NCBI GenBank assembly: GCA_965262915.1
Contig: OZ253564.1
Span: 128,001 to 192,000, forward strand
Direction: 5' to 3'
DNA length: 64,000 nucleotides
Source of the DNA: Candidatus Spongiisociaceae bacterium
Lineage (GTDB): Bacteria; Actinomycetota; Acidimicrobiia; Spongiisociales; Spongiisociaceae
The position numbers were made by a program, and so were the translations under genes. Below, piece by piece: positions 10,178 to 18,681 of this stretch. Each line of letters opens with the position of its first letter. Within the stretch, counting starts at the first letter, position 1. The notes below the pieces were generated by a model that was not told the origin of the DNA, did no database searches, and was given only the letters and a program-made list of their open reading frames with translations.

Positions 10178-11245
10178 TCAGGCAGGTGACTCTGCGGCGA
10201 GAGTCAACACCCGCCGTGGGTTGTCGATCAAGATCTTGTTGATGACGTCACGGGCAACGCCATCCCTGCTCAGCGCGGGGATGATCACGTTCATGATGTG
10301 GTCGTAGCCGGGTCCCCCGAAGCCGGACAGTCTCGACTTGAGCCCGATGTCGTGGGAGAAGAGCAACTGATCTTCATGACCCTCGGAGATCATCCACTCG
10401 ACGGCTCCGACGCGATCACCGTCGGAGACGTATACCCCTTCGGTAGGGCATGGGTGTCCGAACCCGTCGAGTTCGAAGAAGGTGCCGTACTCGGCAACCC
10501 GCTTCATGTAGCGGCGGTCGTGGGTGGTCAGATCCATGTGGCCGGCGATCACTCTGGTGGGATGGACACCCATCTCTTTGATCAGCAGATCCAGGATATC
10601 GGGCATCAGCCTCAGTTCATGTAGCGCGTGAATCTGGATCGCGGCACCCGTAGCGTGGTGGGTGATGGCGGCGGCTCTCAAGACCTTCCACTCAGAGGCA
10701 GGGATCGGATCCGATGTCCCGATCTCCCCGATCAGCCCGCAACGAATATCGGTGCCATCCGCACCCTCGGTTATATCCCGGATCATGCCCTCCGCGAGGT
10801 CATGATCCGTCATCGAATCCACGTACCAGGGCTGGGCATCGTCGACGTAGTACCCGGTACCGGAGATGATGTTCATCCCGACATCATCGGCAATCTTCCT
10901 CAACCCCCATACATCCCTGCCGAGGCCGAGGTCCGAGGAGTCCACAACAGTTCGGCCCAGCGCCATTTTGAATCGCCTGATCTCCATTGCAGTGAGATAC
11001 CAGTCGGTGTTGATCAGGTTGTCTCGGTTGTGGTACGGGAACTGCCGGAGCAAGGCCGCGTTCCGGGCGGTTACCGGCGCGTACGAGTCGGATCCCAGGC
11101 CGCGATGGTTCTCCTCCAGGAACCACATGAGGCACGTGAACAGCAGATGCTCGTGCATGAGGGTGATTCCGAGTTGGTCGGGCTCGATGGGTCCGTTGAC
11201 GGTGATTACCTTGCCTTGGTCTCTCACGGCAACCTCCCTCGCCAT
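10178..11245 (-). CDS. Phosphotriesterase-related protein (PTER/PHP-like)
   Basis: TLMHEH, GTGYY, GLIGEIG, IH, GHMD, SHD, GG.GY.H and NPRR motifs. Confidence 0.92.
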   Translation of the reverse strand: MAREVAVRDQGKVITVNGPIEPDQLGITLMHEHLLFTCLMWFLEENHRGLGSDSYAPVTARNAALLRQFPYHNRDNLINTDWYLTAMEIRRFKMALGRTVVDSSDLGLGRDVWGLRKIADDVGMNIISGTGYYVDDAQPWYVDSMTDHDLAEGMIRDITEGADGTDIRCGLIGEIGTSDPIPASEWKVLRAAAITHHATGAAIQIHALHELRLMPDILDLLIKEMGVHPTRVIAGHMDLTTHDRRYMKRVAEYGTFFELDGFGHPCPTEGVYVSDGDRVGAVEWMISEGHEDQLLFSHDIGLKSRLSGFGGPGYDHIMNVIIPALSRDGVARDVINKILIDNPRRVLTLAAESPA

Positions 11246-11373
11246 ATCCTGCCGACACTAGACCGCGCCATCGGACCTACCAACCTACATACAAACACGC
11301 AGGGGGCGGGCCCGCGGTTTGATGGGGGAGTCTCTCGGAGTCTCCCTCGCGACGGCGACCCGAGGCGACTCCC

Positions 11374-11491
11374 TAGGAGAGCGATGGGAAACCCCCGTGC
11401 AAGAGGGGTTCGCTCGCTAGTCCACAACGCTCAGACGAGGTAGTTTGCCAACCAACGAACCTCGCAAGGCTCGTTTTTCAGCACCCTCCTA
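11374..11491. mobile_element. MITE-like ~118-bp element (same family as 4713-4815)
   Basis: Ends TAGGAGAGCGATGGGAAACCCCC ... TTTTTCAGCACCCTCCTA; internal hairpins with GCAA-containing loops. Confidence 0.55.
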
Positions 11492-11675
11492 CAGCACTTC
11501 TGCCAGGACCGCTCGGGCCTCGGCCAGGGTTATGGGATGGTAGGGGTCCTTGGCGATGAACTCCCTCATCTGGGTGATGGTGAAGCCGTCGCCGCCATAG
11601 TCCCGCTCGGCGGGGGTCAGTTCCTGCGGTTCCATAATCGCTCCGGGTGGGTGGGTCGCAACGAACTCCATCGAC
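11489..11675 (-). repeat. Duplicated 3' end of the gene at 12318-13130
   Basis: About 187-bp direct repeat of 12318-12504 with roughly 9 substitutions (counted by eye). Confidence 0.92.
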
Positions 11676-11718
11676 CGACTATCACTACCGACCACCACTA
11701 GGTACTATCCTAGGCTTC

Positions 11719-11949
11719 ATGGCTTCGACTCCTGTCCCGTCTGGCGATACCACTGATCGTCTCACTAATGCCGAGTGGGATTCGGTCTTCGGCCGTTGCC
11801 TCGATCAGGGCTTCGTCGGCGACTTCGACCCTGCCGAGGAAACCGAGGAGATTCTCGAGGACCCGGTATGGGTGGAACTCTTGGAAGAGGCCGAACGTGA
11901 CATGGCCGACGGTAAGGGCGTGCCCATGCTGAGGACAGCGGAGCATTGA
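11719..11949 (+). CDS. Putative antitoxin (RelB/YefM-like C-terminus)
   Basis: Small acidic ORF with EETEEILEDP...AERDMADG, directly upstream of a RelE-like toxin. Confidence 0.65.
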   Translation: MASTPVPSGDTTDRLTNAEWDSVFGRCLDQGFVGDFDPAEETEEILEDPVWVELLEEAERDMADGKGVPMLRTAEH

Positions 11950-11952
11950 TCC

Positions 11953-12222
11953 TTGCACGAGGTCGTCTGGGCACCACGCGCCCATAAGCAACGAGCAAAG
12001 CTATCTGCTCGATCCCGACGCCTCGCAGATGAACGGATCCGAGAACTAGCATCGGGTCCCGAAAACGTAGGCAAGAAACTGAGAGGGCGCTTACAACACC
12101 TGCGTTCGGCCCGCCTGGGAAGACATGCACGGATCGTCTACGAGATCGATAAGGCCCACCGGACGGTCAAGATCATGGCCATAGACACAAGAGGCGACGT
12201 ATACAAGCGCCTCGGAGGGTGA
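11953..12222 (+). CDS. RelE/ParE family toxin
   Basis: Basic 89-aa ORF with KKLRG...RSARLG..ARIVYEID...VKIMAI.TRGDVYK. Confidence 0.85.
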   Translation: MHEVVWAPRAHKQRAKLSARSRRLADERIRELASGPENVGKKLRGRLQHLRSARLGRHARIVYEIDKAHRTVKIMAIDTRGDVYKRLGG

Positions 12223-12233
12223 CAAGAGCCGCG

Positions 12234-12260
12234 CCTGCCCTCTCACATCGGAGAGGCAGG
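12234..12260. terminator. Hairpin between convergent genes
   Basis: CCTGCCCTCTC-ACATCG-GAGAGGCAGG stem-loop. Confidence 0.45.
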
Positions 12261-12317
12261 GGTCGCCTATCACCCTTAACCCCCGACTATCGAGGCTGAA
12301 GCCCGGCGGCGCCATCC

Positions 12318-13130
12318 CTACAGCACTTCCGCGAGGACCGCTCGGGCCTCGCTCAGGGTTACGGGATGGTAGGGGTCCTTGGCGATGAACTCCCTCATCT
12401 GGGTGATGGTGAAGCCGTCGCCGCCATAGTCCCGCTCGGCGGGGGTCAGTTCCTGCGGTTCCAGGATGGCTCCGGGTGTGTGGGTCGCAACGAACTCCAT
12501 CGACTTGGTGCCCGGAGGGGCGTAACCGATCCACATCGAACCGATATCGGGTCTGGCGAGGTAGTAGGGTTCCACCTCTCCATAACCGGCGTCCTCGATC
12601 ACAGCGTTGCAGCGCTCGGCCAAGTCGTAGGGGTGTATCTCGGTGAGCAGGTAGTCGTGGAAGTGCTCGATGTCGGGATCCCGCATCTTTGCGAGCATCT
12701 GCTTCCAGTGTTCGGAGGCGAAGTACCGGTCGATAACGTCATGATCCGAGTCGGTCATCCGCCGCGGTGCCACATCGTCGAGGTAGGACTGCTCGCCGTC
12801 GTCGTCCAGAAGGACGGTCCTGCCGTCGGGATCCGGCCCGATCAGCGATTCGTCACCGTATGTCCACATCAGGAAGAACGAGGGACGGTCCGCGGTGTAG
12901 TACTTGACTAGGCCCCTGTTGCCCACCACGGCATGGCCCACGTTGACGACGTTCTTCCCGACCGCCGCCAGGTACCGGTCGAAGAGGAACTCCAGGGTCA
13001 CCGGATGGATACTGGTCGCCAGCATCACCTCGTGCAGGGTTATGTCGGACCGGTGCATCAACTCGATGTTCTCCGCCCAGTAGTCGGAACGGAAGAAGGT
13101 GATCAGCTCTTCGACAGTCGATGTCATCAC
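12318..13130 (-). CDS. Hypothetical protein with an internal two-fold repeat
   Basis: 270-aa ORF with RBS, co-oriented in the operon. FFRSDYW...TSIHP and YFASEHW...TEIHP form repeated halves. Confidence 0.75.
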   Translation of the reverse strand: MMTSTVEELITFFRSDYWAENIELMHRSDITLHEVMLATSIHPVTLEFLFDRYLAAVGKNVVNVGHAVVGNRGLVKYYTADRPSFFLMWTYGDESLIGPDPDGRTVLLDDDGEQSYLDDVAPRRMTDSDHDVIDRYFASEHWKQMLAKMRDPDIEHFHDYLLTEIHPYDLAERCNAVIEDAGYGEVEPYYLARPDIGSMWIGYAPPGTKSMEFVATHTPGAILEPQELTPAERDYGGDGFTITQMREFIAKDPYHPVTLSEARAVLAEVL

Positions 13131-13251
13131 AACAACTCCTCGTTTGTGTGGTCTGCCTGCAAAATAACTTGGCGTGCTCTGGTTGCCATCGACGCCCCTC
13201 GCTGCCGGCGCATACCACGCCGCCGATTCACAGACGGACCACTAGATTCGG

Positions 13252-14469
13252 TCAGTCCCCGGTCATCAACTTGTCCAGGATGGCCGGTCCCGGGTTGACG
13301 AGTTCCTCGCCCGGAATCCGGCCCGACATTACCCCGGGCCACTTCGGTCCGGCGCCCGTTATGCAGCACACCACGAAGTCTCCGGGCTCGATCACACCCT
13401 GATCGAACAACTTCCAGGCTCCGGCGAGGGAGGCGGCCGACGCCGGTTCGGGGCTCACCCCCACCCGGGCCGCCCGACCGACAGCCTCCACGATCGCCTC
13501 GTCCGTGACCTCGACCGCCGTACCCTCCGAGTCACGGATAGCTTGGAGGGCGATCCGCCCACCCGTGTCATCAGCGATCGAGAGCGCCACGGTGTCGGGA
13601 CCGGGGTGGACCGGGACATCGTCCAAGCCCTGGTCTATAGCCTCCACAATCGGGTTGGCACCCGTCGCCTGGACCCCGTGCATGCGGGGAAGGGACTTGG
13701 TGAGTCCGAGGCGGTAGAGCTCCTGGAAGCCCTTCCATGGACCGTAGAGCCCGTCGCCGGCCGCCACCGGGAACAGGTAATGGTCCGGAGCCCTGCTCAG
13801 GGCCAGCACCGCGTCGTACGCCATGGTCTTGTACCCCTCCACTCCGTAAGGTGTCGCGACCGGCATGGGGGTCATGTACGTCGATGGATACCAGCCGTGC
13901 TCCTCGACGAAGGCTTGGAGAGGAGGTTTGCGGTTCATCTCCACGATCACGGTCGCCCCGAACAGGCGCATCCATTCCCTCTGGACCGTAGGGGCCCTCG
14001 GATCGGCCAGCACCACGCAGCGCATTCCGGCTCGGGCCGCGTACGCGGCGGCGCTCATCCCGTGGTTCCCGGTGGTGGAGCACACCACCCGATCGAACCC
14101 GAGCTGGCGCGCCATCGATATTGAAACTGAGTGGAAGCGGTCCTTGAAGGCGTAGGTCGGGTTGACGGTCTCGTTCTGCAGGTAGAGGAAGGGAAGGGGG
14201 TTCTCGTCGGTCCTGGGAACCCGGATCATCGGTGTCCCACCCTCGCCCAGGGTGACTCTCTCCTCACCTGCCCTGAGCGGGAGCAGTTCGGAGTATCGCC
14301 ATACCGACGCCGACCGCCGGGCCCACCTCTCCAGTGACACGACCGAGCGGATCGCCGCCTCCTTGTAAACCACCTCGAGGGCGTCGTGGCACTCGGGACA
14401 ACCCCGGAAGTAGGGGCCCAGGTCGTACTCGGCCCGGCACCTCGTGCAGCGCAGGCCCCGAGCGAACAT
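13252..14469 (-). CDS. Threonine synthase-like PLP enzyme (fold type II)
   Basis: CxxC...CxxC N-terminus; LGEGGTP, NPTYAFKDR, STTGN, EGYKT and EPASA motifs. Confidence 0.88.
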   Translation of the reverse strand: MFARGLRCTRCRAEYDLGPYFRGCPECHDALEVVYKEAAIRSVVSLERWARRSASVWRYSELLPLRAGEERVTLGEGGTPMIRVPRTDENPLPFLYLQNETVNPTYAFKDRFHSVSISMARQLGFDRVVCSTTGNHGMSAAAYAARAGMRCVVLADPRAPTVQREWMRLFGATVIVEMNRKPPLQAFVEEHGWYPSTYMTPMPVATPYGVEGYKTMAYDAVLALSRAPDHYLFPVAAGDGLYGPWKGFQELYRLGLTKSLPRMHGVQATGANPIVEAIDQGLDDVPVHPGPDTVALSIADDTGGRIALQAIRDSEGTAVEVTDEAIVEAVGRAARVGVSPEPASAASLAGAWKLFDQGVIEPGDFVVCCITGAGPKWPGVMSGRIPGEELVNPGPAILDKLMTGD

Positions 14470-14530
14470 GTCTCAGCCCCCCACCCGGACGGGAGCGGTG
14501 GTCACGGAACGATGGCGGCTATCGGGCCCC

Positions 14531-15481
14531 TCAACCCGCGGCGGTCGCCCACGGCTCGACATTGATTCCGTCGTCGCCGAGGGTCAGCACAGCGTCGGAC
14601 GAGAAGGCGTCGATCGGGGTCTCCTGGCCGGCATACTCTTCCAGCCAGGGGGTGCGGTAGCCGTCCTCCGACCAGAGCACCGGGAAGAAGTTGTCGTCAA
14701 AGGTCTGCTGGCCCGGGGCGAAGTAGCGGCTGTAGGCACGGTGCCGGATGCGGGGATGGTGCGTGGACGTGGCCGGGATCATATGGACGCTGTAGGACCG
14801 CCGTATGTTGCCGGCCCGGGTGTTAGGTCCGCTCCCGTGCCATATCCAACCGGTGTGGAAGGCAGCCGAACCAGCGCCGAAGACCAGGGGAACCAGTTCG
14901 ACCTTCTCGCCCTCGGGCGCGAACTGCTGTACGTAGTCGGTCCATCCATCCATGGTTTCGCGGCTGATCTGGGTGGTGCCCGGCGCCGGTTGCGGCCCCC
15001 ACTTGTGGCTCCCCCGTACGTAGACGAGGGTCCCCCCGTCGGCGTACGTGTCGTCGAGAGCGATCCAGCAGGTCCAGTTCCACACTGGGTCGACCCAGCA
15101 CATGAAGGCCGCATCCTGGTGGATGTCGAACGGCTTTCCGCCCTCCGGCTTGTACATGGCGACATCGGCCCACAGACGCGCACTCGAGGCGCCTTCCAAC
15201 TGGCACGCCAGCTTGCCGAAGGGACCACTGAAGGTGTGCTTGGCCACCACCGGGTCGGCCCGCCACAGGCCGGCCAGCACCCGGTGGGCATCCTCGGGGT
15301 CCCGACCCTTCTGCCAGTAGTACTCGTCCGGCCAATTGACCAGGTCGTGCTGCCCATCGAAGATACGGTCGTACCGCTCCCGGAGTTCCATGACCGCGTC
15401 CATGTCGATCAGGTTCTCCACGATCAGGAACCCGTCGTCACGGTATTGCTGGATCTGCGCGTCCGTGAACTGCTCAATCAT
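14531..15481 (-). CDS. Phytanoyl-CoA dioxygenase (PhyH) family Fe(II)/2OG enzyme
   Basis: YRDDGFL, HQD, WIALDD, GTLVYVRGSHKW and HGSGPN...RR motifs. Confidence 0.92.
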   Translation of the reverse strand: MIEQFTDAQIQQYRDDGFLIVENLIDMDAVMELRERYDRIFDGQHDLVNWPDEYYWQKGRDPEDAHRVLAGLWRADPVVAKHTFSGPFGKLACQLEGASSARLWADVAMYKPEGGKPFDIHQDAAFMCWVDPVWNWTCWIALDDTYADGGTLVYVRGSHKWGPQPAPGTTQISRETMDGWTDYVQQFAPEGEKVELVPLVFGAGSAAFHTGWIWHGSGPNTRAGNIRRSYSVHMIPATSTHHPRIRHRAYSRYFAPGQQTFDDNFFPVLWSEDGYRTPWLEEYAGQETPIDAFSSDAVLTLGDDGINVEPWATAAG

Positions 15482-15687
15482 TTGCCGACCTCCCGGGACC
15501 GTCGCCGCTCGCGAACTATACCCACCCAACTGCTGATGGGGTATCGACACGGTGCCAAGTCCTTCCAGGGTCAGGGACTCATGCCCGATCCTCACCGGCA
15601 CAACAGAGGCGATTGCCCTGTGGAGGCAAGAACACGCCAGTAATCAAGGCTTCGACACCGAGGACCCGGCAAGGAATAGCCACTCGA

Positions 15688-15955
15688 CTATCCGAACAAG
15701 TCGGAATGGGTGCCGGTTCGCACCAAGGTCAGCAAGTCACCCTCACATCCCCAGATCAGCAACCAGTCCGGTTCAATGTGGCACTCCCAGCAAGAGGACC
15801 AGGTCCCGGACAGGCGATGTTGCCTGTGGCGGAACTCAAGGCGCTGTCCTGCCGACAGCCGCTCCACGACGGCTCATAGTGTGCTCAGATCCTTGTTTCG
15901 CCTGAACAACGGGTTTGAGATCCTTCTCGAATCTACTTGTAGCGCGCAGCCGCAT
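15688..15955 (-). pseudogene. yafQ: YafQ-family toxin pseudogene
   Basis: Manual translation: MRLRATSRFEKDLK / frameshift / RRNKDLSTL*AVVERL...HRLSGTWSSCWECHIEPDWLLIW...RTGTHSDLFG. Confidence 0.88.
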
Positions 15956-15958
15956 GAA

Positions 15959-16216
15959 TTACTCGAACCCGGCTTTGAGTTCCTCCAAACTGGCATGCTC
16001 CGTGAGGCCCTCCCCGTCGCGCGCCTGCCGCAAAGCCTGCAGGGTCTCGGTGTTCGGGATCTTCACTGCAAACGGCAAGCCCTTCTGCAAGGTCACCTGC
16101 TTGTAGAACAGCGTGATCGCCTGCGTTACGGAAAGGCCTAACTGTGAGAACAGTTCCTCCGCCTGCAACTTGAGCTGTGGTTCGATTCGAGCGCGGATAG
16201 TTTCGGTCTTAGCCAT
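15959..16216 (-). CDS. dinJ: RelB/DinJ family antitoxin
   Basis: IRARI..LK.QAE..F.QLGLS..QAI.LF...GLPF.V.IPN.ET pattern, upstream of yafQ. Confidence 0.88.
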   Translation of the reverse strand: MAKTETIRARIEPQLKLQAEELFSQLGLSVTQAITLFYKQVTLQKGLPFAVKIPNTETLQALRQARDGEGLTEHASLEELKAGFE

Positions 16217-16246
16217 TCAGGTACTCCGCAAATCGTGATTAGGCAA

Positions 16247-16272
16247 TAATGTACCCCATTTGGGGTACATTA
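16247..16272. promoter_or_regulatory. Palindromic operator upstream of dinJ
   Basis: Perfect inverted repeat TAATGTACCCCA-TT-TGGGGTACATTA about 30 bp upstream of the antitoxin start. Confidence 0.7.
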
Positions 16273-16338
16273 GTAGCTATCGTAGATGCATCCCCGGACC
16301 ACTGACCACGAATCGGCATTGGTTGGAAGCGGGCTCAG

Positions 16339-16716
16339 TCAGCTGGCAACCTGGAAGATCAGGAGGGGGTTGCTCTCCGGATCGGTGAGTTCGACGTAGC
16401 GGCCCCACTGCCTCTTCACGAACCCACCTACCTCGATCCCGCGGGCGATGAGGCCGTCGCGGGTGGCGTCGAGGTCGTCCACCTGGAAGGCGGCGCGAAC
16501 CGACCCCCCTACCGACATGGGAAGCTCGGCGGGATGGACCGACCGGTCGAAGATCTCGACTCCCGGACCGCCCGCGTCCATGTAGACGAAGTCCACTCCC
16601 TCATCGTATTCAGGGCCAGCATTGATCTCGACGACTTCCAGACCCAAGTCGTCCCGGTAGAAGGCGAGCATCACCTCGACATCCTCTGCGTAGAGCGCCA
16701 CCGCTCCCAGATTCAC
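16339..16716 (-). CDS. VOC/glyoxalase family protein
   Basis: AFYRDDLGL, F.VDDLD and WG......DPESN motifs. Confidence 0.88.
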   Translation of the reverse strand: MNLGAVALYAEDVEVMLAFYRDDLGLEVVEINAGPEYDEGVDFVYMDAGGPGVEIFDRSVHPAELPMSVGGSVRAAFQVDDLDATRDGLIARGIEVGGFVKRQWGRYVELTDPESNPLLIFQVAS

Positions 16717-16747
16717 ATCGCCTCCTTCACAAGAAACATCGCCCGGT

Positions 16748-17800
16748 CTATACCGCGAATATCCGTCGAGGGTTCTTCACCAGCATGTCGTCGATCTGAT
16801 CCTCGGTCACCCCCAGCTCGCGCAACTGGGGCACGATCTCCTTGAGGATGTAGGCGTAGCCCTTGCCGCCGTACTCCACGAAGTGGATCTTGAGGCAGTT
16901 GTCGTGGGCGAGCATGAGTTGGTTGCTGTAACCGTCCGCGCACATCCGGGCCAGGGTCTCCACCCGTTCCCGGTCCGAGATCCAGTGGTCGCCATCGAAG
17001 AGCAGGTGCGAGTCGTTCCACGGGGTCCCCCGGAACAGGTCGTAGTCGATCGACACGCCCCGGTCCATTACCGACTCGTGGTACTCGTAATCGGGGCAAC
17101 TGCCATCCATGTGGCTCATGTACACCTTCTCGAGGTTGGCGCCTTCCTCCTCAAGGATGTCGATGTAACGGTGGGCCTCCTTCTTGAACACCATCGGATG
17201 CACGGTGAGGGGAACCCCGGTGGCCGCTTGGGCCCGGCCCCCGGCCCTGAGGACCTTTTCCTCCTGCGGGTGCAGCGGCTCGCACATGCCCAACTCGCCG
17301 ATCACGCCGGCCCGTATGTCGGTCCCCTGGATGCCCACCTCGATGTCGCTTATAAGGATCTCGGCCAGTTCGCCGACCGATGCCGTAGCGTGACCGGGAG
17401 GATGGGACGGGGCGATGTACCACCCGGTTGAGGCGACCACGTTGAGCCCGGTTGCCCGGCTCGCCTCCGCCAGGGCATCCGGCCACCAGCCCGGGATGCG
17501 GCCACTGACATCGATGATGCTCTGCCCACCGGCGTCGGCATAAATCTGCAGCTCGCGTATCGCCACGTCGAGCTCGGTCATGTTCAGGTTGTCCCTGGAG
17601 ATGTAGGGCCGCTCGGCCAGTATCTCGTACGCCTCGCGGGTCACGGGCGCCTCGGCCAGGGCCCTAATCTCGGGAGGCTCGTCAGGACCGGGAGGATCCC
17701 AGAACAGGTCGCCGCTGTCGATGATGATGTGCTCGTGGCTGAGAGTGACCCCCAGGTCCTCGGGCGGGATCTCCCCCAGAACGGTACGGACCATTGCCAT
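16748..17800 (-). CDS. Phosphotriesterase-related protein (PTER/PHP-like)
   Basis: VRTVLG, TLSHEH, GVIGELG, VHP, SHMD, AHD and NPRR motifs. Confidence 0.92.
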   Translation of the reverse strand: MAMVRTVLGEIPPEDLGVTLSHEHIIIDSGDLFWDPPGPDEPPEIRALAEAPVTREAYEILAERPYISRDNLNMTELDVAIRELQIYADAGGQSIIDVSGRIPGWWPDALAEASRATGLNVVASTGWYIAPSHPPGHATASVGELAEILISDIEVGIQGTDIRAGVIGELGMCEPLHPQEEKVLRAGGRAQAATGVPLTVHPMVFKKEAHRYIDILEEEGANLEKVYMSHMDGSCPDYEYHESVMDRGVSIDYDLFRGTPWNDSHLLFDGDHWISDRERVETLARMCADGYSNQLMLAHDNCLKIHFVEYGGKGYAYILKEIVPQLRELGVTEDQIDDMLVKNPRRIFAV

Positions 17801-17828
17801 CTTGCCTCCTCTGGAGTCTAGGACCGGA

Positions 17829-18605
17829 TCAGAACTGCGCCCCTGCCCGGTGAAGCGCGTCGATAAGCTCGGCGCGCTGATCCTGGAAGGCGGTGCTGGT
17901 GCGGAGCGACACGCCCCTCGGGTGGGGGAACGGGACATCCGTCTGGTGGAACAGCCGGCCGGGTTCGGTGGACATCACGAAGACCCGCTCGCTCATGTAC
18001 AGGGCTTCCTCCACGTCGTGGGTGACGAACAGCACCGTGGCGCGCGAGTCCTCCCAGATGCGTAGGAACTCGGCTTGGAGACGGGTCTTGGTCATGGCGT
18101 CAAGCGAGGCGAACGGCTCGTCCATCAGCAGGACGTCGGGTTCGGCGGCCAGAGCCCTGGCCACGTCCACCCGCTTGCGCATCCCTCCGGACAGCTGGTA
18201 GGGATAGGCGTCCTCTCTCCCGGTTAGCCCGACCAGGTCGACGAAACTCTGGGCCTTGGCGCGCCGCTCCGTCTTCTCGACTCCCTTGACCCTCAGGCCA
18301 TACTCCACGTTTTGGGCCACCGTGTACCAGGGGAACACCGCATCGTCCTGGAACACCATGCTCCGGTCTGGGCCGGGAGCGGTCACCGGTATGCCGTCCC
18401 GGCTGATGGTGCCGCTGGTGGGGGCCAGCAGCCCGGCCACCAGGTTGAGCAGGGTCGACTTGCCGCATCCGCTCGGGCCGAGCAGCGACACGAAGTCGCC
18501 CTCAGCCATCTGGAAGGAAATGTTGTCGAGAACGTGCAGGTCGTCGAAGTAGATGGACAGATCCTGTATGTCCAGCTTGGCCATGCCGTTGATACTTGCG
18601 TCCAT
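17829..18605 (-). CDS. ABC transporter ATP-binding protein, NitT/TauT family
   Basis: GPSGCGKST, LSGGM, LLMDEPF and VTHD motifs. Confidence 0.93.
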   Translation of the reverse strand: MDASINGMAKLDIQDLSIYFDDLHVLDNISFQMAEGDFVSLLGPSGCGKSTLLNLVAGLLAPTSGTISRDGIPVTAPGPDRSMVFQDDAVFPWYTVAQNVEYGLRVKGVEKTERRAKAQSFVDLVGLTGREDAYPYQLSGGMRKRVDVARALAAEPDVLLMDEPFASLDAMTKTRLQAEFLRIWEDSRATVLFVTHDVEEALYMSERVFVMSTEPGRLFHQTDVPFPHPRGVSLRTSTAFQDQRAELIDALHRAGAQF

Positions 18606-18681
18606 CGTCACCCTTCTCCTCCGGTAAGCAGGCAACCTACCGCCGTCAGGGTGGTCAGCGCAACAGGTGGCATGCTCATTC

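Noticed and set aside
11300-11491. Riboswitch or ncRNA upstream of the PTER-like gene
   Set aside because: Hairpin-rich, but I recognise no riboswitch consensus, and most of it is explained by the MITE-like element. An Rfam search would settle this.
15525-15620. Possible remnant of a small aspartyl-protease-like gene (LTLEGLG...PHQQL)
   Set aside because: Too short and degenerate to support.
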